The notes under the pieces were generated by a model, which had not been told where the DNA came from, did not search any database, and was given only the letters and a program-made list of their open reading frames with translations. A stretch of DNA of 64,000 bases from positions 7,250-71,249 of the forward strand of contig CAKTYE010000001.1 in assembly GCA_934631985.1 (NCBI GenBank). Direction: 5' to 3'. The translations under genes and the position numbers were made by a program. This stretch comes from an uncultured Clostridia bacterium. GTDB lineage: Bacteria; Bacillota; Clostridia; Christensenellales; Aristaeellaceae. Of this stretch, positions 50,883 to 60,219 are shown in pieces. Numbering within the stretch: position 1 is the stretch's first letter; each line of letters opens with the position of its first letter.

Positions 50883-52634
50883 ATGACCCACACGCTGCGC
50901 AAGACAAAGATCGTTTGCACCATGGGCCCCAACCTGTTTGAAAAGGGCCTGATCAAGCCCCTGATGCTGGCAGGTATGGACGTGGCTCGGTTTAATTTTT
51001 CCCACGATACCCATGAGAACCACCTGAAGCGCTTCAAGGAGGTCTGCCGCATTCGCGATGAGCTGGGCCTGCCGGTGGCGACCATGCTGGATACCAAGGG
51101 CCCGGAGATTCGCATCGGCACCTTTGCGGAGCATCGCGTGACGCTGGACGCAGGCCAACTGTTCACCCTGACCACCGAGGACGTGGAGGGCGACGAGACC
51201 CGCGTGAGCGTCACCTACAAGAACCTGCCCCATGATGTGAAGCCCGGCTGCGTTATTCTGATCGACGACGGTCTGGTGGGCATGACCGTGGAGCGCGTCA
51301 CCGATACCGACGTATGCTGCAAGGTGAACAACGGCGGCACCATCTCCGACAAGAAGGGCGTAAACATCCCCGATGCGCACCTGACCATGCCCTTCATCAG
51401 CCCCAAGGATCGGGAAGACATCCTGTTCGCCATCGAGAATGGCTTCGATTTCATTGCTGCGTCCTTCACCCGCAACGCGGATGACATTATGCAGATTCGC
51501 CACATCATGGCGGAGAAGCACTGCACCTCCATCAACATCATCGCTAAGATCGAGAACATGGAGGGTGTGCAGAACATTGACGAGATTCTGCGGGTATCCG
51601 ACGCCATCATGGTGGCCCGCGGCGACATGGGCGTGGAAATTCCTCTGGAAGAAGTGCCTGTGCTGCAAAAGATGCTCATCAAGAAGTGCTACGCTGCCGG
51701 GAAGCCTGCGATCACCGCGACCCAGATGCTGGACTCCATGATGAAGAATCCCCGCCCCACCCGTGCGGAGACCACCGACGTGGCCAACGCCATTTACGAT
51801 GGCACCAGCGCCATCATGCTTTCCGGCGAGACGGCGGCGGGCCAGTATCCGCTGGAGGCGGTGCAGACCATGGCTCGCATTGCGCTGCGGGCGGAATCCA
51901 GCATTGACTACGAGGGCCGCTTCCGCAAGCGTGAATACGGCACCCAGACGGACGTCACCAGCGCCATCAGCCATGCAACGGTGACCTCTGCTCATGACCT
52001 GAAGGCCAGCGCCATCATTACGGTCACCAAGTCCGGCACCACGGCACGGGTCATTTCGAAATATCGGCCCAGCTGCATGATCATTGGCTGCACCACCTCC
52101 GAGCATGTGTGGCGGCAGCTGTCCCTGAGCTGGGGCGTTGTGCCGCTGATGATCAACGAGGAGAGCAACACCGACGATCTGTTTGAGCATGCGGTGGACA
52201 GTGCCGTGAACGCGGGGTTGATCCATGACGGCGAGCTGGTGGTGCTGACGGCGGGCGTACCGCTGGGCATCTCCGGCACCACCAACCTGATGAAGGTGCA
52301 TGTGGTGGGCCACATGCTGGTCAAGGGCGAGGGCCTGTGCGGCGGTCAGGTGACTGCCTCTCTGTGCGTGGCGCATGATGCGCAGGAGGTTCGCGATACC
52401 TTCCGAGAGGGCAACGTGCTGGTGATGCACAAGGTTCCCCGGGAGCTGCTGCCCACCCTGCGCAAGGCGGCGGGCCTGATCCTGGAGGACAGCAATCCCG
52501 ACGGCCTGGGCGCAATCGCCGGCCTGAGCCTGGACATTCCCGTGATCATCGGCGCATGCGGTGCAACGGCGATCCTGAAGTCCGGCGCAGTGGTGACCAT
52601 GGACGGCACCAAGGGTACAGTCAGCTGCAACTGA
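50883..52634 (+). CDS. pyk: Pyruvate kinase with a C-terminal PEP-utilizer mobile domain
   Basis: About 583 aa. Contains RKTKIVCTMGP and MVARGDMGVEIP. The C-terminal ~100 aa resemble the PEP-utilizing swivel domain. The start is ambiguous: ATG at 50883 or at 50871. Confidence 0.9.
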   Translation: MTHTLRKTKIVCTMGPNLFEKGLIKPLMLAGMDVARFNFSHDTHENHLKRFKEVCRIRDELGLPVATMLDTKGPEIRIGTFAEHRVTLDAGQLFTLTTEDVEGDETRVSVTYKNLPHDVKPGCVILIDDGLVGMTVERVTDTDVCCKVNNGGTISDKKGVNIPDAHLTMPFISPKDREDILFAIENGFDFIAASFTRNADDIMQIRHIMAEKHCTSINIIAKIENMEGVQNIDEILRVSDAIMVARGDMGVEIPLEEVPVLQKMLIKKCYAAGKPAITATQMLDSMMKNPRPTRAETTDVANAIYDGTSAIMLSGETAAGQYPLEAVQTMARIALRAESSIDYEGRFRKREYGTQTDVTSAISHATVTSAHDLKASAIITVTKSGTTARVISKYRPSCMIIGCTTSEHVWRQLSLSWGVVPLMINEESNTDDLFEHAVDSAVNAGLIHDGELVVLTAGVPLGISGTTNLMKVHVVGHMLVKGEGLCGGQVTASLCVAHDAQEVRDTFREGNVLVMHKVPRELLPTLRKAAGLILEDSNPDGLGAIAGLSLDIPVIIGACGATAILKSGAVVTMDGTKGTVSCN

Positions 52635-52664
52635 CAGCCATAACTGGCATACATGACGTAGCAG

Positions 52665-52703
52665 GCGGCATGCTTCTCGAAGGTGGGAAGCATGCCGCTT
52701 TTG
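52665..52703 (+). terminator. Intrinsic terminator downstream of pyk
   Basis: 12-bp stem GCGGCATGCTTC/GAAGCATGCCGC, 10-nt loop, TTTT. Confidence 0.8.
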
Positions 52704-52765
52704 CATGGGTCACGGCACCGCATATGCAGGGAAACAAAAAAATTGAAAAAATTTTATTATACCCC

Positions 52766-52794
52766 TTGCAATTCTGCGCAGGATGTGTTATTAT
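52766..52794 (+). promoter_or_regulatory. tRNA promoter with an A/T-rich UP-like element
   Basis: TTGCAA, 17-nt spacer, TATTAT. Preceded by AAAAAAATTGAAAAAATTTTATTATA. Confidence 0.6.
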
Positions 52795-52824
52795 ATCAAT
52801 GTTGCCGAACAAACCACGGAAGAT

Positions 52825-52900
<76 letters not shown>

Positions 52901-52902
52901 CA

Positions 52903-52931
52903 AACCTCACGAGAAATCGTGAGGTTTTTTC
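52903..52931 (+). terminator. Intrinsic terminator after the tRNA
   Basis: 10-bp stem AACCTCACGA/TCGTGAGGTT, GAAA loop, TTTTTT. Confidence 0.85.
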
Positions 52932-53267
52932 ATATGCTTACACAAATTTTCACCTATTACGCCACCTCTTTAACTATCGGCTGATTAGCAGGAAATGCTG
53001 CCAGCTAATTTAAAAAGAAGAAAGAATATTCAGTCACCTGTTTTTTCTCCCGTGAGCTTGCTTTCATAGGATAAACACAGTAAAATGAAGCTACATGAAA
53101 AAACGAGCAACTGTAAGCTGCATTCCGCAAAGCATAGCAGGGGGGGATGCATCTAGACATTCTGAAGGGTGAGCCATATGGTGTAGCAAATAGCATAATC
53201 TGCTGGACATTGATCTCAGCTGCTATAGGGCTTCCGATGTTCCTTAATACCGACAGAAAGGAGTACT

Positions 53268-53738
53268 ATGAAGAAAAAGTGTGCAGGAATAGTATTGCTA
53301 TTTCTTTTGCTTGCCGTGGCCTTTTTATACAAAGAAAATGCTCTTAATGGAACAAACATGTATGCGTCATTTGAAAGAGGCCTTGCTAACTGGGAAGATA
53401 AACTGCTTGAAAAGATTCAAATCTATCAAGGGGCATATATTGATCATGAAGACGAGGCGTTCAGAGAATTTTCAAAATTCTTCGATATAAAAATAACATC
53501 TATCGATTTGCGTACTGCAAGTGAGTCAGTTTTTACTTTTGATCCGGGGTGGTCAATCACTAGCTTCGAACTGATATACTGCAAGAATCGCCGAATCAAC
53601 ATAGGTGCCGATACCGTCTTTTCGGAAGAAATGGATGAGCTGCGGCTAGAGCATTTAGGTATCAACGGTGAAGGATATATCTACTGTAAAAGAATAAAAC
53701 CGAGTTGGATTTATCGTGAAATTTTTCTTCCAACGTAA
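53268..53738 (+). CDS. Hypothetical secreted/membrane-anchored protein (low-GC islet)
   Basis: 156 aa. AAAGGAG RBS. N-terminal hydrophobic segment MKKKCAGIVLLFLLLAVAFL. I recognise no family. Confidence 0.5.
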   Translation: MKKKCAGIVLLFLLLAVAFLYKENALNGTNMYASFERGLANWEDKLLEKIQIYQGAYIDHEDEAFREFSKFFDIKITSIDLRTASESVFTFDPGWSITSFELIYCKNRRINIGADTVFSEEMDELRLEHLGINGEGYIYCKRIKPSWIYREIFLPT

Positions 53739-53850
53739 ATGAGATGCACAGAAAGCAAGCACTATGCCATGGTGTCCGTTGGCAGATTGCTTCGCGGATC
53801 AAATGACTATCGCAGCGTCATACGCCCCTTCCTCCTACCTAAAAGCCATC

Positions 53851-53879
53851 TTGCTTGCCGCATACAAACCAGTTATAAT
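53851..53879 (+). promoter_or_regulatory. Promoter upstream of addB
   Basis: TTGCTT, 17-nt spacer, TATAAT. Confidence 0.55.
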
Positions 53880-53947
53880 AACACCATCCCCCAAAGCCGC
53901 AGAGCCATCAAAAAACTCTGCGCTCATCGCAAAGGAGTTGCTCGACT

Positions 53948-56900
53948 GTGATACGTATCCTGGAGGGCCGTGCGGGACGCATCGCACCCCTGATGTTTCG
54001 CGAAATCAAGGAAGCACGGGAAAAGGGGCAGCGAATCTATCTGCTGGTGCCGGAGCAGTTCACCCTGCTGATGGAGCGGGAGCTGATACGGGAGCTGGCC
54101 CTGCCGGGCTTGGTGAACCTGGACGTGGTGTCCCCTTCACGGCTGCGGCGCAGCGTGTTTGACCGCGGCGGTCAGCCGCCGCAAAGCATCCTTGATGCAC
54201 GGGGACGGCGGATGGCCCTCAGCCGCGCTCTGATGGCGAATCGGACGCAGCTCCATTATTATGAAGCTGTTGCTGATACGCCGGGACTGCCCGACAAGCT
54301 CGCGGTGCTGCTCAGTGATATGAAGAAGGCGCAGTTGACCCCACAGACGCTTGCGGAGCATGTCGCAGCACTGCCGGCAGGTGCAGCCCGGGCCAAGGAG
54401 GAAGACCTGACCCTGATCTGGGATGCTTATGAGAAGCTGCTGTCAGGCCGCTTTGTAGACGGTGACAGCGCTGAGGAGGAAATGATCCGCCGCCTGCCCC
54501 AAAGCGGCGTTATGCGGGGCGCCGCCGTGTGGGTCTATGGCTTTGATGTGCTGGCCCTGCCCTTCTGCCGCCTGCTGACGGTGCTGGCGGGGGAAACCAG
54601 CGACTTGACGGTCACCATGACCATGGACGGGGAGCAGGCCCCGGATGGGCGCATTTTTCGGGCGCAGCAAAACAGTGTGCGTCAACTGGGCAAGCTGCTG
54701 TCGCAGGCGGGATATGCCTGGCAGCACGTTCGGGCTTCGGATAGCCCTATGCAGACTGCGCCTGCGCTGCAATGGCTGGAAGCGCAGCTTTTTGCCGCAC
54801 CGCAGCAGGCACTGCGGACGCAGACAGACGCGGTGGAGCTGCTGGCGGCGCCCAACCCTTTCGCGGAGACCATGGAGACGGCGGCATGGCTGTGGCGGGA
54901 GCATGAACGGGGCGTGGCCTGGTCGGAGATGGCGGTCGCCATGGCAGACGGCGCGACCTACGGCCCCATGCTGCGCATGACGCTGAAGGCCAGCGGGATT
55001 CCCTTCTATTTGTCGGAGAAGCTGCCTGCTGCCCGGCACGGATTGATCCGCATGCTGTTGGCGGCGCTGCGCTGCTGTGGTGAGGGCTGGAAGCAGGAGG
55101 ACGTGCTGGCCCTGATGAAAAGCGGCTTTTCTCCCCTGGCGGCCGAGGAGACGTTTGCACTGGAAAACTATGCGCTGGAAAATGGCATTCGCGGCAAGCG
55201 CTGGGAAACGCCCTTCACCCGCGGGGCGCAGGCGGAGACCATGGAGCCCCTGCGGCAGCGTCTGATGGAGCCGCTGCTGCATCTGCGCCGGGAGATGCGT
55301 CAGGCAAAGGACGCGCAGGCTTCCATGACGGCGGTGTTCGGGCTTTTGCAGGAGGTGAACGCTTACGGCAGGCTGCTGCGGCGGGAGGAGGAGCTGCTGG
55401 CGCGGGGCATGGAGGCCGAGGCGGCGCAGAACCGGCAGATTTGGCGGCTGATTCTGGAAACGCTGGATCAGCAGCGGGAGCTGCTGGACGGTTCCCGCGC
55501 GCCGATGGATCAGGTGGCGGCATGGCTGGCGGCGGGCTTCGAAAACGCCGAGATCAGCGCACTGCCGCCAACCCCCGACACGGTCATGGTGGGCGAGGTC
55601 GGACACATGGCGCTGATCAGCGTGCGGTCGCTGGCAGTGGTGGGCATGCAGGATCAGGGCGGCGGCGGACAGGCCAGCCTGCTCAGCGACCGGGAGCGCG
55701 GCGCACTGTCTGCATGGCTTCAGCAGGACGTGGGCCTGAACAGCGAGGTACAGCAGGCGCTGCGTCAGTCGGATTATTACCGCACACTGGCGCTGGCGCA
55801 GGAACGGCTGCTGCTGTCCCACGCCCAAAGCACGCAGGACGGCGAAGCGCTGCGTCCCGGCAGCGTGTGGATGGACGTGCGCACGGCATTGCCTGAGGTG
55901 GCGGAGCGGGGCGGCGTACAGCCGATGGAGGAGCAGCCCCTTGCGCCCCGCACGGCACTGAACGGCCTGTCCCTGCACCTTCGCGCCATGGCGGAAGGGC
56001 GGGAGACACAATTGCCTCCGGCCTGGGCGGACGCTTTTGCGTGGCTGTGGCAGCATGAGCCGTACCATGAGACGCTGGACCTGGCCTTGCAGCATGTGGA
56101 CGCGCGGGTCAGTGCGCCGCCGCTGGACCCGGACAAGGCGTGGCGTCTTTTTGGACGGGATACGGTGTCCATCAGCCGTTTGCAGGAGTTTGCAGCCTGT
56201 CCGTACCAGCACTTTGTGCGGTATGGCCTAAGCCCGGTGGAGCGGCGGGATTTCACCTTTGAAGCAGACGACCGGGGAACGTTCTTCCATGCGGCGCTGA
56301 GCGAATTCACCACCCTTGCCATGCAACTTCCTGCCTGGCCCGAGCGGATGGAGGAGCAGGACGTGGACGCGGTGATGGATACGGTGATCGCACCGCTGAT
56401 GAACGCCTGGCAGGACGGCCCCTTGGCAGAGGACGCGCGGAACCGCGCCCTGGGCAGGCGCTATGCCGAGACGGTGAAGCGGGCGGCATGGCTGTTCACT
56501 CGGCATATGCGCAACAGCCGCTTCGTCACCCAGGGGGCGGAAGTGGCCTTCGGTGAGCCGGAGGGGCTGCCGCCGCTGGTGCTGGAGCTGCCCGATGGCA
56601 GCCGCATTGCGCTGCGGGGACGTATCGACCGCATTGACCGCTACGAGGGAGACAGCGGGGTCTATCTGCGGGTGGTGGACGCAAAGAGCAGCGCCAACAA
56701 GCTGGAGCCGACCCGCATGTGGTACGGGCTGCAATTGCAGCTGTTGCTGTATTTGAAGGCCGCGACCGCTGCCACGGGGACGGAGCCTGCGGGGGCGTTC
56801 TATTTCACGGTCAGCGACCCCATGTGCGATGTGGAGACGGACGTGAAGGCCTTGGCGGAGGCCGCCATTGCGAAAAAGCTGCGTCTGAAGGGCGTGGTGC

Positions 56901-57298
56901 TGGCCGACACAGAAATTTTGGAGGCCATGGACAAGGACGAGCCGGGCTTCTCGGTGGAAAAGGTGTTCAACGCGGACGGCAGCATTTCCCAGCGGGCCAC
57001 GGCGGTGGACATGCAGGAGATGCAGGCCCTTTTGCAGCATGCGCAGAACGTTGCCGCACAGCTTGCCGGGGAGATGCGCCGGGGCCGCATTGCCGCACAT
57101 CCCGCGGTCATCGGGGACTGGTCTGCCTGCACCTATTGCCGCTTCCGTGACATCTGCGGCGTGGACCCCAAGGACGCAGACGTGCAAAATCAACTGCCGG
57201 ACATGAATAAAGAGGAATTTCGGCGGCGCTTGGCGAATGAAAGAAAAACCGACACGGGAAGCAAAGACGCTGCTCCGGGCGGAAATTTCGAAAAATGA
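53948..57298 (+). CDS. addB: Helicase-exonuclease AddAB, subunit B (RexB); PD-(D/E)XK nuclease with a C-terminal Fe-S cluster
   Basis: 1116 aa with a GTG start. N-terminus has IYLLVPEQFT. C-terminal nuclease region has RIDRID....YLRVVDAKS. Cys ligands are C(P)YQHF ... C.YC.F..IC. Confidence 0.85.
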   Translation: MIRILEGRAGRIAPLMFREIKEAREKGQRIYLLVPEQFTLLMERELIRELALPGLVNLDVVSPSRLRRSVFDRGGQPPQSILDARGRRMALSRALMANRTQLHYYEAVADTPGLPDKLAVLLSDMKKAQLTPQTLAEHVAALPAGAARAKEEDLTLIWDAYEKLLSGRFVDGDSAEEEMIRRLPQSGVMRGAAVWVYGFDVLALPFCRLLTVLAGETSDLTVTMTMDGEQAPDGRIFRAQQNSVRQLGKLLSQAGYAWQHVRASDSPMQTAPALQWLEAQLFAAPQQALRTQTDAVELLAAPNPFAETMETAAWLWREHERGVAWSEMAVAMADGATYGPMLRMTLKASGIPFYLSEKLPAARHGLIRMLLAALRCCGEGWKQEDVLALMKSGFSPLAAEETFALENYALENGIRGKRWETPFTRGAQAETMEPLRQRLMEPLLHLRREMRQAKDAQASMTAVFGLLQEVNAYGRLLRREEELLARGMEAEAAQNRQIWRLILETLDQQRELLDGSRAPMDQVAAWLAAGFENAEISALPPTPDTVMVGEVGHMALISVRSLAVVGMQDQGGGGQASLLSDRERGALSAWLQQDVGLNSEVQQALRQSDYYRTLALAQERLLLSHAQSTQDGEALRPGSVWMDVRTALPEVAERGGVQPMEEQPLAPRTALNGLSLHLRAMAEGRETQLPPAWADAFAWLWQHEPYHETLDLALQHVDARVSAPPLDPDKAWRLFGRDTVSISRLQEFAACPYQHFVRYGLSPVERRDFTFEADDRGTFFHAALSEFTTLAMQLPAWPERMEEQDVDAVMDTVIAPLMNAWQDGPLAEDARNRALGRRYAETVKRAAWLFTRHMRNSRFVTQGAEVAFGEPEGLPPLVLELPDGSRIALRGRIDRIDRYEGDSGVYLRVVDAKSSANKLEPTRMWYGLQLQLLLYLKAATAATGTEPAGAFYFTVSDPMCDVETDVKALAEAAIAKKLRLKGVVLADTEILEAMDKDEPGFSVEKVFNADGSISQRATAVDMQEMQALLQHAQNVAAQLAGEMRRGRIAAHPAVIGDWSACTYCRFRDICGVDPKDADVQNQLPDMNKEEFRRRLANERKTDTGSKDAAPGGNFEK

Positions 57299-57366
57299 TT
57301 GCACTGTAGCCCAAAATGGTTTATAATGCAACCAGGAGTTAACAACTCAAAAAGGAGGCGTTTCCC

Positions 57367-57777
57367 ATGATTCAGATCATTGCTGGCAAGAAGGGCTCCG
57401 GCAAGACCAAGCGGATCATCGACATGACCAATGCGAAGGTCAAGGAAGACAATCACAGCGTTGTGTTTATCGACGACGACGACCGTTATCGCCTGGACAT
57501 CGACCACGATGCGCGCTTTATCAACGCGACGGAATACAAGCTGCTGACCCCTGAGATGTTCCTGGGCTTCCTGTGCGGCATGCTCAGCAGCAACTACGAC
57601 ATCGGCACGATCTTCATCGACGCTTTCAAGCATCTGCTGAAGATCGACCTGAAGGATAGCGAATGGTTCTTCGAGCGTCTGGAGGAGCTGTGCCAGAAGC
57701 ACGATGTGGACTTCGTGCTTTCCGTGAGCGAGGATCCCGACAACCTGCCTGAGTTCATGGCGGGCTATCTGATCTAA
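57367..57777 (+). CDS. Mini P-loop NTPase (136 aa), function unknown
   Basis: AAAAGGAGG RBS. Walker A GKKGSGKT at residues 7-14. Walker-B-like VVFIDDDD. Lies 68 nt downstream of addB with no terminator between them. Confidence 0.65.
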   Translation: MIQIIAGKKGSGKTKRIIDMTNAKVKEDNHSVVFIDDDDRYRLDIDHDARFINATEYKLLTPEMFLGFLCGMLSSNYDIGTIFIDAFKHLLKIDLKDSEWFFERLEELCQKHDVDFVLSVSEDPDNLPEFMAGYLI

Positions 57778-57859
57778 GCTGCCTTCGACAGCCGAAAAGC
57801 GGCTGCGGTCAATGCTTCAGTCCTGTAGACGGCAAGGAACAAAGGCTGTGAACAGTCTG

Positions 57860-57891
57860 AAGGGCGGTGGTGATGAGCCGCCGCCCTTTTT
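57860..57891 (+). terminator. Intrinsic terminator after the mini P-loop gene
   Basis: GGGCGGTGG pairs with CCGCCGCCC (one mismatch), followed by TTTTT. Confidence 0.65.
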
Positions 57892-57942
57892 CCATGTCGC
57901 CCGGTGTCCCTCTCATTAACTGTGCCGGAGCGTGATGCAATC

Positions 57943-59433
57943 ATGTCGTTTTTCTCTACCCGTGGGGGCGCATGCGTGACCGCTTCCCAGGCCATTTTGT
58001 ACAGCCTTGCGCCGGACGGCGGGCTGTATGTGCCGGTTATGTTCCCGCCGGTTTCCCATGAAAAACTGGCCTCGCTGGTGAACATGAGCTATATTCAGCG
58101 CGCGTCCACCATTCTGCGCACTTACTTGGAGGATTTCTCCATCCCGGAGATCGACGCGGCTCTGACGGCGGCCTATGGCGGCGGCAAGTTTGATGATCCC
58201 GCCATTGCACCGCTGAAGAAGCTGGACGATCACACCCATGTGCTGGAGCTGTTCCATGGCCCCACCCTGGCCTTTAAGGACATGGCGCTGCAATTGCTGC
58301 CCCACCTGACTACCCTTTCGGCCCGGAAAAACGGTGAGGAGCGGGAGATCAGCATTCTGGTGGCGACCAGCGGCGACACGGGCAAGGCCGCGCTGGAGGG
58401 CTTCAAGGATGTGCCGGGAACCAGCTGCACGGTGTTCTATCCGCTGGATGGCGTCAGCGATGTACAAAAGCTGCAAATGGTCACAACGGGCGGCGAAAAC
58501 ACCCATGTCATCGCGGTGGAGGGAAACTTCGACGATGCGCAGACCGGGGTGAAAAAGCTGCTGGGCGATGCGGTCTTTGCGGAAAAGGCAAATGCGGCGG
58601 GCAAGGTGCTTTCCTCGGCCAACAGCATCAACTTTGGCCGGCTGGTGCCGCAGGTGGTGTACTACTTCAGCGCGTACGCAGATCTGGTGCGCAGCCACGA
58701 GATCATGGTGGGCGAGCCGGTGAACTTTGTGGTACCCACGGGCAACTTCGGCAACATTCTGGCGGCATACTACGCGCGGAGCATGGGCCTGCCGGTGAAC
58801 AGGCTCATCTGCGCCAGCAACCGCAACAATGTGCTGACGGACTTCTTTGAGAAGGGTATCTACTCCACGCATCGCACCTTCTTCAAGACCACCTCGCCCT
58901 CCATGGACATTCTGATCTCCTCCAATTTGGAGCGGCTGTTGTTTGAGGCGGCGGATCGGGACGGCGAGCTGATCCGCGTGTGGATGAAGCAATTGCAGGA
59001 ATGCGGCAGCTACAGCGTGGGCGACCAGCGGCGGGATTGGCTGAACACCATCTTCTATGCGGGCTGCGCCAACGACCTGGAAACCGCGTGGGAGATTCGC
59101 GACCGCTTCCACCAGGATCATTACCTGATGGACACCCACACGGCAGTTGCCAGCCGCGTGCTGCGGGAGTACCGCGAAAAGACCGGGGACGACACCTGCA
59201 CGGTGCTGGTCTCCACCGCCAGCCCCTACAAGTTCAGCGAGGCGGTGCTGACGGCGGTCGCGGGACAGGAGGCAGCAGAGGGCCTGGACGCTTTTGCCTG
59301 CGCGGCAAAGCTGGAGGAGCTGTCCGGCAGGGCGGTGCCGAAGCAGGTTTCGGCGCTGCGGACGCTGCCGGTGCGGCACAGGGCGGTCACCGCGCCCGAG
59401 AACATGGCCCAGGCGGTCATGGAGACCTGGTAA
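57943..59433 (+). CDS. thrC: Threonine synthase (long form)
   Basis: 496 aa. N-terminus is STRG......S.AIL.....DGGLYVP. PLP-Lys context is FHGPTLAFKDMALQ. Confidence 0.9.
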   Translation: MSFFSTRGGACVTASQAILYSLAPDGGLYVPVMFPPVSHEKLASLVNMSYIQRASTILRTYLEDFSIPEIDAALTAAYGGGKFDDPAIAPLKKLDDHTHVLELFHGPTLAFKDMALQLLPHLTTLSARKNGEEREISILVATSGDTGKAALEGFKDVPGTSCTVFYPLDGVSDVQKLQMVTTGGENTHVIAVEGNFDDAQTGVKKLLGDAVFAEKANAAGKVLSSANSINFGRLVPQVVYYFSAYADLVRSHEIMVGEPVNFVVPTGNFGNILAAYYARSMGLPVNRLICASNRNNVLTDFFEKGIYSTHRTFFKTTSPSMDILISSNLERLLFEAADRDGELIRVWMKQLQECGSYSVGDQRRDWLNTIFYAGCANDLETAWEIRDRFHQDHYLMDTHTAVASRVLREYREKTGDDTCTVLVSTASPYKFSEAVLTAVAGQEAAEGLDAFACAAKLEELSGRAVPKQVSALRTLPVRHRAVTAPENMAQAVMETW

Positions 59434-59462
59434 GGAAAACGGATCAAACCACGAGTTGTTTG

Positions 59463-59545
59463 CTGTGGGCTTGCGGCTTCCGAAGCGGAAGCCGCGTTTG
59501 CATGCGGATGAAAAAGGCCCTGCGGCTCCCGGCAGACGAGGAGGA
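59463..59545 (+). promoter_or_regulatory. Structured leader upstream of modB, possibly a molybdenum/tungsten cofactor (Moco-type) riboswitch
   Basis: 10-bp hairpin GCGGCTTCCG/CGGAAGCCGC (59473-59495). It is followed by GAAAAAGGCCCTGCGGCTCCCGGCAGACGAGGAGG, which runs into the RBS. The resemblance to the Moco motif is from memory only. Confidence 0.3.
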
Positions 59546-59550
59546 AAAAA

Positions 59551-60219
59551 ATGGAGTGGTACCCGCTTTGGAACTCACTGCGGATCGCGGCGATCAGCAG
59601 CGTCATCGTGTTCTTTCTTGGCATTTTCTGCGCCTACTACGCCGCGCGGCTGCCACGGTTGCTCAAGGGCATCCTGGACGTGGTGCTGACGCTGCCCATG
59701 GTGCTTCCGCCCACGGTCTGCGGCTATTTCCTGCTGCTGGTGTTCGGCGTGAAGCGTCCCCTGGGACATTTTCTGATGCAGTACGGCATCAAGTTTGTCA
59801 TGACCTGGTACGGCGGCATCCTGGCAGCGACAGTGGTGGCCTTCCCGCTGATGTACCGAACGGCGCGAGGTGCGTTTGAGGGCGTGGACAAAAACCTGGG
59901 CTATTCCGCGCAGACGCTGGGACGCTCCAACACCTGGATCTTCTGGCGGGTACGCCTGCCTGCCTGCAAGCAGGGCATCAGCGCGGGCTGCGTGCTGGCC
60001 TTCGCCCGTGCGCTGGGCGAATACGGCGCGACAAGCATGCTGATCGGCTATACGCCGGGCAAGACGGCAACGATCTCCACAACGGTGTATCAACTGTGGA
60101 GAACCAATGACGAGAGCGGCGCGATACTGTGGGTGCTGATCAACCTGGCGATCAGCGCAGTGGTGCTGCTTACCGTGAACATGCTGGAGGACCGGCAGAA
60201 AAAGGCGGCGATCAAATGA
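59551..60219 (+). CDS. modB: Molybdate/tungstate ABC transporter permease
   Basis: 222 aa. ModB/CysTW-type sequence (LTLPMVLPPTV.GY.LL) and EAA loop (A.TLG.S....F..V.LP). Confidence 0.85.
   Translation: MEWYPLWNSLRIAAISSVIVFFLGIFCAYYAARLPRLLKGILDVVLTLPMVLPPTVCGYFLLLVFGVKRPLGHFLMQYGIKFVMTWYGGILAATVVAFPLMYRTARGAFEGVDKNLGYSAQTLGRSNTWIFWRVRLPACKQGISAGCVLAFARALGEYGATSMLIGYTPGKTATISTTVYQLWRTNDESGAILWVLINLAISAVVLLTVNMLEDRQKKAAIK

Noticed and set aside
49917-52706. 929-aa minus-strand ORF
   Set aside because: It lies antisense to tcdA and pyruvate kinase, both confidently recognised, and has shadow-ORF composition.
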